This document shows positions 20,210-29,531 of a stretch of DNA of 64,000 nucleotides, one piece after another. This DNA is from Gammaproteobacteria bacterium (GTDB taxonomy: Bacteria; Pseudomonadota; Gammaproteobacteria; Steroidobacterales; Steroidobacteraceae). Both the position numbers and the translations under genes were made by a program. The notes below the pieces were generated by a model. That model searched no databases. It had not been told where the DNA came from and saw only the letters and a program-made list of their open reading frames with translations. Each line of letters begins with the position of its first letter. Within the stretch, counting starts at the first letter, position 1. Location of the stretch: the NCBI GenBank assembly GCA_043769085.1, contig JAYVJR010000047.1:10389-74388 (forward strand), in the 5' to 3' direction.

Positions 20210-21738
20210 GCCGTGTGCTGCGACTGGGTTCACGGCGCAGTGCGCTGGCGCGGGTGCAGGCGCATCAGGTAGGCGCTGAAATTCAACGCCTGGATCCCGC
20301 TGTCAGGCTCGAATACCGCTTTATTGAAGCGAGTGGTGATCGGAGCACTGAACCTAACGCAGGGCTCATCACGGCACGGGGCGGGTTCAGCGAAGACCTG
20401 GGCGTCATGCTGGAACAGGGAGAGATCGATCTCGCGGTCCATTCTTGGAAAGACCTGCCGTATCGAGAACGCGATCGCACGGTTGTCATTGCCACTCTGC
20501 CGCGCGCTGATGCACGCGATGTCCTGTTAGTAAGGCGTGGCTCGCTTTTGTCTGCGAGCCACGTAGGCTTAAAGATACTGAGCTCTTCCGCACGACGGCG
20601 TCACCATCTGGAGGAATTTCTGAACTGGGCACTGCCTGTAAAGCCGGCCAGTATTTCTTTCTCAGCGGTGCGTGGTGACATCGAAACGCGGCTCCGTAAA
20701 CTGTTGCGCGGCGATGGTGACGCCCTGGTGATCGCAAAAGCCGCACTTGATCGACTCATCGAGACACCGGCACTTGCGATTGCGGATACCGCGTTGGATT
20801 CACAGAACCTCCTGCTCACGACTCAGTCCATCGTCAGGCAGGCCATGAGCGAGTGCCGCGCCATGGTATTGCCGCTGCTCTATTGCCCCGCAGCACCAGC
20901 ACAGGGTGCGTTAGCCATTGAAGCCCCTGTTAGTACACAACATCTGGATTTGTGGCGCGAGCTCAACCACCCAGACACGTTCGACTTGGTCGACACGGAG
21001 AGATCCATTGCGCGTCGTTACGGGGACGACGAACCCCTGGGACTGACGCGCTTACGATTCGACTTCGGTGATGTGGAGTTTATGCGCGGCAGCTGGACTG
21101 ACCAACCAGCACAACGCGCCAAGCTGTACCGCTTCGGCACTACGCTGCCTCGCCCGCTGGATCCAGGCGCAGTCTGGTGCGGCGAACCACCGGAATCCGC
21201 GACTCGCACGCGACTCTCGACCGTTAGCACAAACACGCACTTTGGTGCCGATACCGGCCTACTCATTGCCAGAGCCGAGGCGCTGTCGGACGACAGCATT
21301 GTGGATGAACGGGCCATTGTCTGGACGCCGGGTCTGACGACCTGGCGCAAACTGGCCGAGCGCGGAATCTGGGTCACGGGCAGCGATGAGTCGCTGGGCG
21401 AAACCGGCGCGAGCGCCATCCGCGCCTGGTACCCCCGCACATTCCGTTGGTTAAAGCTTACCCATGAAAACGGATTCTTGACGGACCACGCACAGCTGCT
21501 GCCAACCTATCGCAGCTTGCGGCGCCATCCGATCGCGGACGTCAGTCGTTACTCGCATTTTTTCTGGCAAAGCGGCACGCAATTGCGCGAGTACCTGCGA
21601 GCATTTCCGTCATTAGCAAGCGCCTGGCATGGCTGCGGGCCCGGCAACACCTACCGTATCGCACGTGACTTGTTAGGATCTGAGCACGTCCGGCCGTTTC
21701 TGAGTGCCGAGCAGTTCCGCGCAGAATTACGCACATGA
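20206..21738 (+). CDS. Hydroxymethylbilane synthase-like protein with about 200-aa C-terminal extension (possible HemD-like domain)
   Basis: The N-terminal 300 aa align with HemC (LRLGSRRSALARVQA, DLAVHSWKDLP, RGDIETRLRKL). 510 aa against about 310 for HemC. ATGA overlaps at both ends. Confidence 0.65.
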   Translation: MSRVLRLGSRRSALARVQAHQVGAEIQRLDPAVRLEYRFIEASGDRSTEPNAGLITARGGFSEDLGVMLEQGEIDLAVHSWKDLPYRERDRTVVIATLPRADARDVLLVRRGSLLSASHVGLKILSSSARRRHHLEEFLNWALPVKPASISFSAVRGDIETRLRKLLRGDGDALVIAKAALDRLIETPALAIADTALDSQNLLLTTQSIVRQAMSECRAMVLPLLYCPAAPAQGALAIEAPVSTQHLDLWRELNHPDTFDLVDTERSIARRYGDDEPLGLTRLRFDFGDVEFMRGSWTDQPAQRAKLYRFGTTLPRPLDPGAVWCGEPPESATRTRLSTVSTNTHFGADTGLLIARAEALSDDSIVDERAIVWTPGLTTWRKLAERGIWVTGSDESLGETGASAIRAWYPRTFRWLKLTHENGFLTDHAQLLPTYRSLRRHPIADVSRYSHFFWQSGTQLREYLRAFPSLASAWHGCGPGNTYRIARDLLGSEHVRPFLSAEQFRAELRT

Positions 21739-22691
21739 AACGCTTGCAACGGCTACGTCGTACCACGGCGTTACGCGACCTGGTGGCGGAGACCGGATTC
21801 GGTGCCGCACAGTTGATACAGCCGTTGTTTCTAAACGCCACCGCCGACCCACCTAGCGCTATCCCGGGACTGTTAGACAATCAGACACACAATGAAACCT
21901 CAATACTGCAGCAGGTGGACGCGGACCTGGCCGCAGGTGTGCGGCACTTTCTCCTGTTCCCCGTTCCCGCCACCAAGGCGACGAAAACGTTTAGTGCCGA
22001 ATTCGCCGTCAACAGCATTGCTCGAATACGCGAACGATGTGGTGATAGTGCCAGTCTGTGGGTCGACACCTGCCTCTGCAGTTTCACGGACACGGGGCAT
22101 TGCTGTGTATTCGATGGCGCCGGCAGACAGGATCTGGCGGCAACTCTGCGCGAACTGGGCGATTTGGCGCTCACCTATGCCAACGCAGGCGCCGATGGCG
22201 TCAGCCCGAGTGACATGAATGACGGTCGCGTTGCCTGGCTTCGCGAGGTGCTGGATGCTCAGGGACATGAACTCATGCCCATCATGAGTTACAGCAGCAA
22301 ATTTGCCAGCCATTTCTACGGTCCCTTTCGGGCTGCCGCCCAGTCGAGCCCGCAGTATGGCAATCGACGCTCCTACCAGCTGGACGTTCGCTCTCGCCGC
22401 GATGCATTGGCCGCGAGCCAGCGCTGCGCCGACGAAGGCGCGGACTTGCTGATGGTCAAACCTGGCATGAGCTCCATCGACCTGTTAGCGCCCATCGCGA
22501 CAGCAACACAAAAGCCTGTGGGCGCTTATCAGGTCAGCGGCGAGTACGCCGCACTCACGTTGCTCGCTCGCGAAGGTCTGGGGGATTTTGATGCGATGCT
22601 GCTGGAATCCTGGCAGGTTTTCCGCCGCGCAGGCGCGAGTTACATCATCAGCTATGGCGCACGACACGCACGCCGCCTGGGATTTCCCTGA
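21735..22691 (+). CDS. hemB: Porphobilinogen synthase (ALA dehydratase)
   Basis: DTCLCSFTDTGHCC metal site, SYSSKFASHFYGPFR, LMVKPG and YQVSGEY blocks. Confidence 0.92.
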   Translation: MKRLQRLRRTTALRDLVAETGFGAAQLIQPLFLNATADPPSAIPGLLDNQTHNETSILQQVDADLAAGVRHFLLFPVPATKATKTFSAEFAVNSIARIRERCGDSASLWVDTCLCSFTDTGHCCVFDGAGRQDLAATLRELGDLALTYANAGADGVSPSDMNDGRVAWLREVLDAQGHELMPIMSYSSKFASHFYGPFRAAAQSSPQYGNRRSYQLDVRSRRDALAASQRCADEGADLLMVKPGMSSIDLLAPIATATQKPVGAYQVSGEYAALTLLAREGLGDFDAMLLESWQVFRRAGASYIISYGARHARRLGFP

Positions 22692-22692
22692 C

Positions 22693-23910
22693 ATGTTCGA
22701 CTACGATGGATTTTTCGACGACCAGTTACAGCAGTTGCACCGCGAGCAGCGATACCGGCGCTTTCGCATCCTGAAACGAGGTGACCGTCAATTTCCACAT
22801 GCGCTGTATCTGGGACCGGGCCGCGCCCCTCAGGACGTTGTCGTGTGGTGCAGCAATGACTATCTCGGTATGAGTCAGAGCCCGGTTCTGAACGATGCCG
22901 CTCGAGCAGCACTGAGCCGCTATGGAACAGGGGCTGGCGGCACCCGCAATATTTCCGGTAGCCACGATCTGATCGTCGAGCTCGAGTCCGAACTGGCGCA
23001 CCTGCACCGAAAATCGGCAGCGCTGGTTTTTTCCTCCGGCTATGTGGCCAACGACACTACGCTGGCCACACTGGGTCGCGCGCTACCAGGCTGCGTTTTC
23101 TATTCAGATGCCAACAACCACGCGTCAATGATCGAAGGCATACGCCGCAGCGGCGCCCGCTGCGAAGTTTTCACCCACAACGATTCGGACTCGCTGCAAC
23201 GTCTGTTAGCACGCGGCGACCCGACGAAGCCAAAAATTGTTGCATTCGAATCACTCTATTCCATGGATGGCGATATCGCACCAATCGCAGCCCTGGTTGC
23301 AGTGGCACGCCTGCACGGCGCGATGACCTATGTCGACGAAACACACGCCGTGGGGGTGCATGGTCCCGAGGGTGCTGGCCTGGTTGCAAAAGCAGGACTC
23401 CTGAGCCAGGTCGACATACTGCAAGGCGGCTTGGGCAAAGCCTATGGCGGAGTCGGCGGATTCATAACTGGGAACGCTGTGACCGTCGACTTCCTGCGCA
23501 GCGATGCACCCGGATTTATTTTTACAACTGCACTGCCACCGGCCGTAGTCGCAGCCGCTCTCGCCAGCGTTCGTCACCTCAGGCACAGCGATCGGGAACG
23601 TATACGCCTGTTCACTCTGACTGCCGAACTAAAGACCGCTCTCACTGGTGCCGGACTCCCGCTGCTCGACAACCCGTCGCAGATCTTGCCACTCATCATC
23701 GGCGACGCCGCGCTCTGCGAAAAACTGGCCGAGCGGTTGATAGACCGGCATGGCATCTACCTACAGCCTATTAATTATCCGACGGTTGCCAAGGGGTCCG
23801 AGCGTTTCCGCATCACGCCCACCGCCCTGCACACTGATCGGATGGCAGAACAGTTGCTGTCGGCCCTCGCGAGTGAAGTCCAGCGACGGCACGACGTCCG
23901 CGCTGCTTAG
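22693..23910 (+). CDS. hemA: 5-aminolevulinate synthase (PLP-dependent)
   Basis: Collinear with Rhodobacter-type ALAS: VVWCSNDYLGM, GTRNISG, NHASMIEGIRRSG, ESLYSMDGD, LGKAYG (PLP Lys), YLQPINYPTV. Confidence 0.9.
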   Translation: MFDYDGFFDDQLQQLHREQRYRRFRILKRGDRQFPHALYLGPGRAPQDVVVWCSNDYLGMSQSPVLNDAARAALSRYGTGAGGTRNISGSHDLIVELESELAHLHRKSAALVFSSGYVANDTTLATLGRALPGCVFYSDANNHASMIEGIRRSGARCEVFTHNDSDSLQRLLARGDPTKPKIVAFESLYSMDGDIAPIAALVAVARLHGAMTYVDETHAVGVHGPEGAGLVAKAGLLSQVDILQGGLGKAYGGVGGFITGNAVTVDFLRSDAPGFIFTTALPPAVVAAALASVRHLRHSDRERIRLFTLTAELKTALTGAGLPLLDNPSQILPLIIGDAALCEKLAERLIDRHGIYLQPINYPTVAKGSERFRITPTALHTDRMAEQLLSALASEVQRRHDVRAA

Positions 23911-24180
23911 CGGACTCCATGCGGCCGGTATATCGGCGGGCAACAGATCGTTCGCCTGCAAGAAGCGCGATTTTCCACGAGGTTTTTCGTTGAGCCCGAG
24001 CCCTCTCCCTGGCACCCGCTGTTGATAGCCGGTCAACACGCTCTGGCAACTTCGACCTAACAACGCGCTGGCGGATTGCAGACCTCCATGACTACTTCCT
24101 ATGCCGCAAGAAACACAGAACATAACGTCCCTTGATCGTAACGTTAGGTTCCTTAGTTAGTGCTACTCGCCCGACTCTCG

Positions 24181-26523
24181 CTATCGAACCACCGGTGCCG
24201 GATCAGGAATCAAGGCAACGACTTTGCCGAATTCCTGCCAGCCATTGCCGATGTCGACAGGTCCCTCACCGAACACTATTGTCGGATTGGTTGCTTGGCC
24301 TAAGTGAAAGTACACCGCAGCATTGAACCCTCTTTGCCCGGCAGCACCTAACGCGTCGCGAATCTTGAAAGCACCTGGTCCTGTGGACGTGTACCCGAGC
24401 GCACCCAAGTCCGCCTTGCCGTAAAGGCCGGTCGCGATATCAAATCCGAGCCAATAGAAAATATCGGCGTCGTCGGTGCGAGTTTCGGCCACCAGTGTAT
24501 CCGCCGCCGCAACCGCGGCTCCGCGTGCCGCCAGATCCATGTTGCGGTTTCGCTCCAATGAAAACGCCACCGCAAACTCATATCCTGACCGTTGCTCCGG
24601 TGCTAACGAGTCATGGATGCGCTGTTTGCCAGGCCCAGGCGCCGTTTGACCCTCTGCGGCAGCTAAGCCAATGTCAAATCCGTCTCGACTAGCAGCCGTC
24701 GATTGCCGGTTACGCAATGCCGTAAATAGCGGATCCGCAGCGGCGATCGAGGGTCCTTTAGCAGCGAGTGTGGCTAACGTCTGAGCGTCAATCGGCACAA
24801 AACTCGCCAGGAACACGCGGCAACGATCCTCAAGACTCGGCGCCGCTGGGCTGTTTCGAGCACGCGCGTTTCGTGCGACATCGCAAATTGACTGCATTGC
24901 CTCCGCGGGACTGGGCGGCGGTTTCGGACCATTCATTACCACCCGCCCGATGCCTCTCGGCGCAGAACTGTTGCCGTCTCTAAACCAGTATAATTTTCCG
25001 TTAGGCACAATGCCTAGAATCACACCGTCACTGTTCGGAACGATTTTGGCGAACGAGTTCCAACCCGAACCGACAAAACGAGGTTCTTGCCATTTGAATT
25101 CGCCCGTGGCGTAACCGTCGTGGCGATAGAACAATAAACTGCCATCTCGGCGAACCGCATAGATGGCGCCCAGACCGGTCGAGAAAACCTCTCTGAAACT
25201 ACCCCAACCGGATCCCACAACCTTGGCAGGTTGCCAACTGCGCATGCCGTGATCTGCGCCGTTATTTCTATACCAGACCAACTTACCGTCATTGGTGATG
25301 CCGTAGACGATGCCCTGGCCGCCCGAAAAGATACGCGAAAATGACCAACCGCTACCCACCTCTACGGGCGCAGTCCAAGCACTGCTGCCGTCGTTAAAAC
25401 CATCATGTCGATACCAGACCAGCTTCCCTTCAGCTGTTAGGGCATAGAGTGTGTTGCCACCCGCGGCAATAATGTCTCGAAAGCTGCCCCATCCGTTACC
25501 CACTTTTCTGGGGCCTTGCCACGCCGTCGAATTGGACTCTTTGCGATACCAGAGCAAATCGCCATTCGGACGAACCGCGTAAATCCAAAGTGGCTGATAG
25601 TTCGGCGGAGTCTGAGCAAATGTGCCAATGAACTGCGAGGGAGGCACGAAAGCACCCAGATAACGATTGATTTCATCCCGCAACGGGGCGACTGGCGCGT
25701 CCGCAAATTGCGTAGTAGATGCAGCCCACGTCCATGAGTCTGACTGAGGACACTCCTTGCCTGGCAAACAAGGACTGAAGGACCTGGCGTGAACACCGAA
25801 AAAAATGTCGCCCGCCACTGTCTTGATCAGAGACGCGCCGCCGCTGTCGCCACCCGCGATGGTCGGACCGCTGGCGGTGGGAAACCATACCAAATGATCG
25901 CCGCCCCGACCGGTCTCCCGGCTTGTATTGAAATTGGCTTCGCGGTAGAGATCGTCGCCGGACGTAGGCATTGCTGTCGCCCCGGCGCCTTGCGCAAACT
26001 GATTGATGCCGCGCCCGTAAGAGGTGACAGACAAAGGCACCATGGTGTTACCACCATAGAGATCCACGTTGTACCCGCCTTCGCGCCCGTTGAAGGGCTC
26101 TGGAACGCGAACAATGGCCATATCCATCGGTCGAAACGAAATGACACGCACTGACTTGCGTACCTGCACACTGGTGGTCCATGTCGCTGTTAGGGTGACA
26201 CTGTCTTCGGCAGTATTAATGAACTGCCCGGGTTTATCCGGGTCTGGGCTATCAATACAGTGAGCCGCAGTGATCACCCAGTTGTTTCGCAGCAGCGTGC
26301 CACTGCAGGAACTTCCGGGTATGCTGACCTTGACTAACCCATATTTCTCTTGATCCGCAGGACTGACCAAGTTTCCCGCCACGAGAGCCTGCGATGTGGA
26401 CCCGGTACGACCTTCCGGGCTTACCTGCGCCTGGCTCAGAGCGCCGAACACCAATGTGGTTGTCGCTATGACGCCGAAAGTCCGCCCGCCAAGTCGCAGC
26501 CGTTTGTTCAAGACCATGTTCAT
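24181..26523 (-). CDS. Secreted S1 (trypsin-like) serine protease fused to a tachylectin-like beta-propeller and an unassigned C-terminal domain
   Basis: Signal peptide. S1 triad (TAAHC, DMAIVRV, GDSGG). Four or five repeats of ...GKLVWYR..G....W.....VGSGW..F. The C-terminal 200 aa are shared with 41928-43922. Confidence 0.85.
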   Translation of the reverse strand: MNMVLNKRLRLGGRTFGVIATTTLVFGALSQAQVSPEGRTGSTSQALVAGNLVSPADQEKYGLVKVSIPGSSCSGTLLRNNWVITAAHCIDSPDPDKPGQFINTAEDSVTLTATWTTSVQVRKSVRVISFRPMDMAIVRVPEPFNGREGGYNVDLYGGNTMVPLSVTSYGRGINQFAQGAGATAMPTSGDDLYREANFNTSRETGRGGDHLVWFPTASGPTIAGGDSGGASLIKTVAGDIFFGVHARSFSPCLPGKECPQSDSWTWAASTTQFADAPVAPLRDEINRYLGAFVPPSQFIGTFAQTPPNYQPLWIYAVRPNGDLLWYRKESNSTAWQGPRKVGNGWGSFRDIIAAGGNTLYALTAEGKLVWYRHDGFNDGSSAWTAPVEVGSGWSFSRIFSGGQGIVYGITNDGKLVWYRNNGADHGMRSWQPAKVVGSGWGSFREVFSTGLGAIYAVRRDGSLLFYRHDGYATGEFKWQEPRFVGSGWNSFAKIVPNSDGVILGIVPNGKLYWFRDGNSSAPRGIGRVVMNGPKPPPSPAEAMQSICDVARNARARNSPAAPSLEDRCRVFLASFVPIDAQTLATLAAKGPSIAAADPLFTALRNRQSTAASRDGFDIGLAAAEGQTAPGPGKQRIHDSLAPEQRSGYEFAVAFSLERNRNMDLAARGAAVAAADTLVAETRTDDADIFYWLGFDIATGLYGKADLGALGYTSTGPGAFKIRDALGAAGQRGFNAAVYFHLGQATNPTIVFGEGPVDIGNGWQEFGKVVALIPDPAPVVR

Positions 26524-26558
26524 AGATGTGCCTCAAATTGAGTGTGTGCACGCTAATA

Positions 26559-26584
26559 AACAGTAAATGCGCGCAAATCCGGTC
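26559..26584 (-). promoter_or_regulatory. Candidate shared (ECF-type?) promoter, copy C: GACCG-N16-CTGTT
   Basis: On the gene strand: GACCGGATTTGCGCGCATTTACTGTT, ending 35 nt before ATG 26523. Same spacing as the three other copies. Confidence 0.5.
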
Positions 26585-26690
26585 ATGGTGGTAGCCGTCG
26601 TGCTGATACGACAGCTGAGTGACATCGGGTTTCAACGCACAAATAATGCGTCGCGGTCCAGAGGTCGCAGAACCGGACCGCAACTGGCGC

Positions 26691-29531
26691 TCACGGTGCC
26701 GACTCCAATAATGGCAACGCGGCCAACGATTCCGGTGCCTCAAACTGCGGTGTCTGTGGCCCGATACTTCGATCCCGCAAGCGTTCCACCGTGCTGGCCG
26801 CGGCCTCAAACCACTCGCGCACGTTGACGCGGCCGTCCCGATTGCGATCATTGGCCGGCTGCAGGCCTTGCAGCAAGCCGAGCGTAAATAGCCCGTGCCT
26901 GCTGCGCGCATATTCCTGGGACTCCTCGTCGCCGCGCGACGCTAACATGAACCCGATCCGCGATGAGGCGGAGCGTTTCACCAGCGAACGGGGATCAAAA
27001 CGACCTACGACGTTACGTGCCTGGCAGGTATCAACGATCAAAAATCGTCGGCCTGCCGTTTGTCGCAACCGCTCGAAAATTACTGCCCAACCGAGCAGCG
27101 ACGCAGAATCATCCACAACCTTCCCTGCTAACACGGCATCCACGTCCACACTGCGGGCATCGCGCGGTACAAAATAGTAGTTGCCTGCGTCGTCACTGAT
27201 GCCATGTGATGCTAGAAAGACCATCACCGTATCATTGCCACGCACATCGGCGAGGCGTGCAAGTATGCTGCGGATCGCGGCCTGCGTCGGTAGCGTCCCA
27301 AGATCCGACAGTGTCTGCACATGAACCTGGCGAAATCGCCTCGCGCCCCAGCGACGCAGCATCGCGGCCACCTCCTCCGCATCACGAGCTGCGTAGGACA
27401 GCGCCACGCCCGGATCCAACTGGGTAAAATGATTGACGCCCACCGCAAACACGTACAAGTCTCCGGGTTCAATATTGTCGGCTGCAGCAGCAGGCTCGGT
27501 GATCAGTCGCTCCACCAGTCCGAGTGACCGCCCGTTGGAGATCTCGACGCGTATCGTCCGATCGCTGCGCCCTAACGGCAACGGCAATTCGCGCACCAGA
27601 GTCTGCTGATCGCGGCCCGACAATGCGCGCTCCACCGTTCGCGTTTGCGGGATGTCATTGATGTAGACGGTCATGGCCAGCATTGGCAGGCCGCTACTAC
27701 TCGCCGTGAGCAACAGCTTGGCATTGCCACTTGCCACTAGAGTAAGTCGTGGCGGAAGCGGCAGTGTTGCTAACAACCCCGGTAGAGATCGTGACTTAGC
27801 AGCGGCAGAATCCGCTCGCAAGGCGCGCGTGACATCAGCCGGTTGATAAAGATCGTTTTCAAATTGAACCGCGCGGAAATAGTCCGGCCAGGTGTCGAAT
27901 CCATGCGCCCACTGCCAGCCGACGAGTTCATCGCCCAAGGGCGATGACGCATAGCGTCCGGATGGTGTCCAGGCCACCCATTGAGTTAGGCGTCTGCTAA
28001 CAAACAGTGACAGCACTTCCGCACCTGACGAGGCTGCGAACCAACGCACGGTTCCATCCGCCAGTAACGCCACCACCCAGCGACCGTCCGCACTCACGTT
28101 AACCTGCCGGACCGTGGTGCTGGTACGCACCGCCCAGCGTTTTTGGCCCTCGACGGACAGCGCATGCAGCGCCCATTCCGTGCCTGCCACAACCTGCCGG
28201 CCTGCCACATCGATGGCATACGAGTGCACACGCTCCAGTGGTTCCAGCGCTAGCGCACGACCATTGACGCTGAGCGACTCAGCCGAGAATGTCACCGTCA
28301 AATTGGACTGACGTGTCACGGCAGCGCGCAGCGCTGGCTCTTGAGCGCTCTGCGTTGTAAGCAGCAAATGGGCCACATCAAATCTCCATCCTGAGTTGTT
28401 GCCCGGTCGGCGCACGCCGACACCTGTTCCGTCCGCCGTCAAACGCAGTTCCGTGCGGGCATCGAAGTTGTCGACAGCGCCCTCCAGACGCCATCGCGGC
28501 TGCCCGTCATCGGACAGAATGGCTAACACGCCTTGTTCGGATCCGAGCAGCAGTTGCTGCGCCGAGATACTGACCAAGGCGCCAATCCGGCCGGTGGCCG
28601 TAACTAGCGACGGCAATGACCGGCCATCCGCCATGCGCCAGCGAGCAATTACGCTCTCTGAGCCGACGCTCGATTCGCCGGTGGCAAAAAAGGTACGACC
28701 GTCGCCAGACCATGCAACACGGGTCAGCTGGCGAAACCGATCCACCGCAGGCGGGATCAGCTGCCGTTGAACCGCCAGCGTATCGGCTCGCAATATGGTC
28801 ACGCGCGGTGCATCATTGAATCCGATCGCAACCTCCGCGCCGCTGGGTGAAATTGAGAGACCGAATGGCTCGCGACCTGCCAGTCCTGCGACGCTACGCC
28901 CTAACAGCGTGAAATCCGCACCATAGAGACGCACAAACCCGTCCAACGACGCTGTCAGCAACTGTCCTTGCGGCGTGAAATCCAGTTCCAGCAATTTGTC
29001 GCGATAGTCCCGGTCGCTGAATACTAGTCGCCGGTCCTGCAGACGAAACACGCGCAACCCTTCACGGCCCATCAGCCCAACGGCGAGGAAACGGCCATCG
29101 GGCGAGAATTTCAGACTGGCAACGACTTCTTCCAGATCCGGCAGCCGCCCTAACAGCGCGCCGGTCGCGCGATCAACCAGGTAAATGCAGGCGCGATGCT
29201 CGATGTCCCAGCATGTCCAACCGCCGGTCGCAAGCGTGTGCCCGTCCGGGGACAATGCCAATGCATACAGCTGCCCTTGGGCACCGGCCCTCGCCGGTAC
29301 TCTCAGAGTGTCAAGCAAGCGGCCATCGCTCAGCCGCCAACGGCGCAGCGTCTTGTCTTCCGACGCTGACCAAAACTCGCCGTGTGCAGGGTCGGCAACC
29401 AGCGCATGAACAAACGCCGCGTGTCGACCCGCTTCAATTTGTAACAAAGGATCGGACGCCGCCAGCGCCAGCCTCGCCAACAGGCAAAAGAACACCAGCC
29501 AGCAGCGCGACGCGCACACTGCAACGCTCAC
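26691..29531 (-). CDS. Signal-peptide WD40 beta-propeller protein with C-terminal caspase-like (peptidase C14) domain
   Basis: WD40-like repeats (SASEDKTLRRWRL, LALSPDGHTLATGG, LKFSPDGRFLAVG...). The C14 dyad context is VMVFLASHG and FLIVDTCQA. Its GTG start overlaps the TpsB stop (GTGA). Confidence 0.88.
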   Translation of the reverse strand: MSVAVCASRCWLVFFCLLARLALAASDPLLQIEAGRHAAFVHALVADPAHGEFWSASEDKTLRRWRLSDGRLLDTLRVPARAGAQGQLYALALSPDGHTLATGGWTCWDIEHRACIYLVDRATGALLGRLPDLEEVVASLKFSPDGRFLAVGLMGREGLRVFRLQDRRLVFSDRDYRDKLLELDFTPQGQLLTASLDGFVRLYGADFTLLGRSVAGLAGREPFGLSISPSGAEVAIGFNDAPRVTILRADTLAVQRQLIPPAVDRFRQLTRVAWSGDGRTFFATGESSVGSESVIARWRMADGRSLPSLVTATGRIGALVSISAQQLLLGSEQGVLAILSDDGQPRWRLEGAVDNFDARTELRLTADGTGVGVRRPGNNSGWRFDVAHLLLTTQSAQEPALRAAVTRQSNLTVTFSAESLSVNGRALALEPLERVHSYAIDVAGRQVVAGTEWALHALSVEGQKRWAVRTSTTVRQVNVSADGRWVVALLADGTVRWFAASSGAEVLSLFVSRRLTQWVAWTPSGRYASSPLGDELVGWQWAHGFDTWPDYFRAVQFENDLYQPADVTRALRADSAAAKSRSLPGLLATLPLPPRLTLVASGNAKLLLTASSSGLPMLAMTVYINDIPQTRTVERALSGRDQQTLVRELPLPLGRSDRTIRVEISNGRSLGLVERLITEPAAAADNIEPGDLYVFAVGVNHFTQLDPGVALSYAARDAEEVAAMLRRWGARRFRQVHVQTLSDLGTLPTQAAIRSILARLADVRGNDTVMVFLASHGISDDAGNYYFVPRDARSVDVDAVLAGKVVDDSASLLGWAVIFERLRQTAGRRFLIVDTCQARNVVGRFDPRSLVKRSASSRIGFMLASRGDEESQEYARSRHGLFTLGLLQGLQPANDRNRDGRVNVREWFEAAASTVERLRDRSIGPQTPQFEAPESLAALPLLESAP

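Noticed and set aside
14576-29531. Many GTTAG sites are TTA leucine codons, which suggested bldA-like rare-codon regulation.
   Set aside because: TTA occurs in housekeeping genes (cysI, cysG and others) as well as in the accessory block. The same pentamer also appears in other frames and orientations, so it is not a codon-specific signal.
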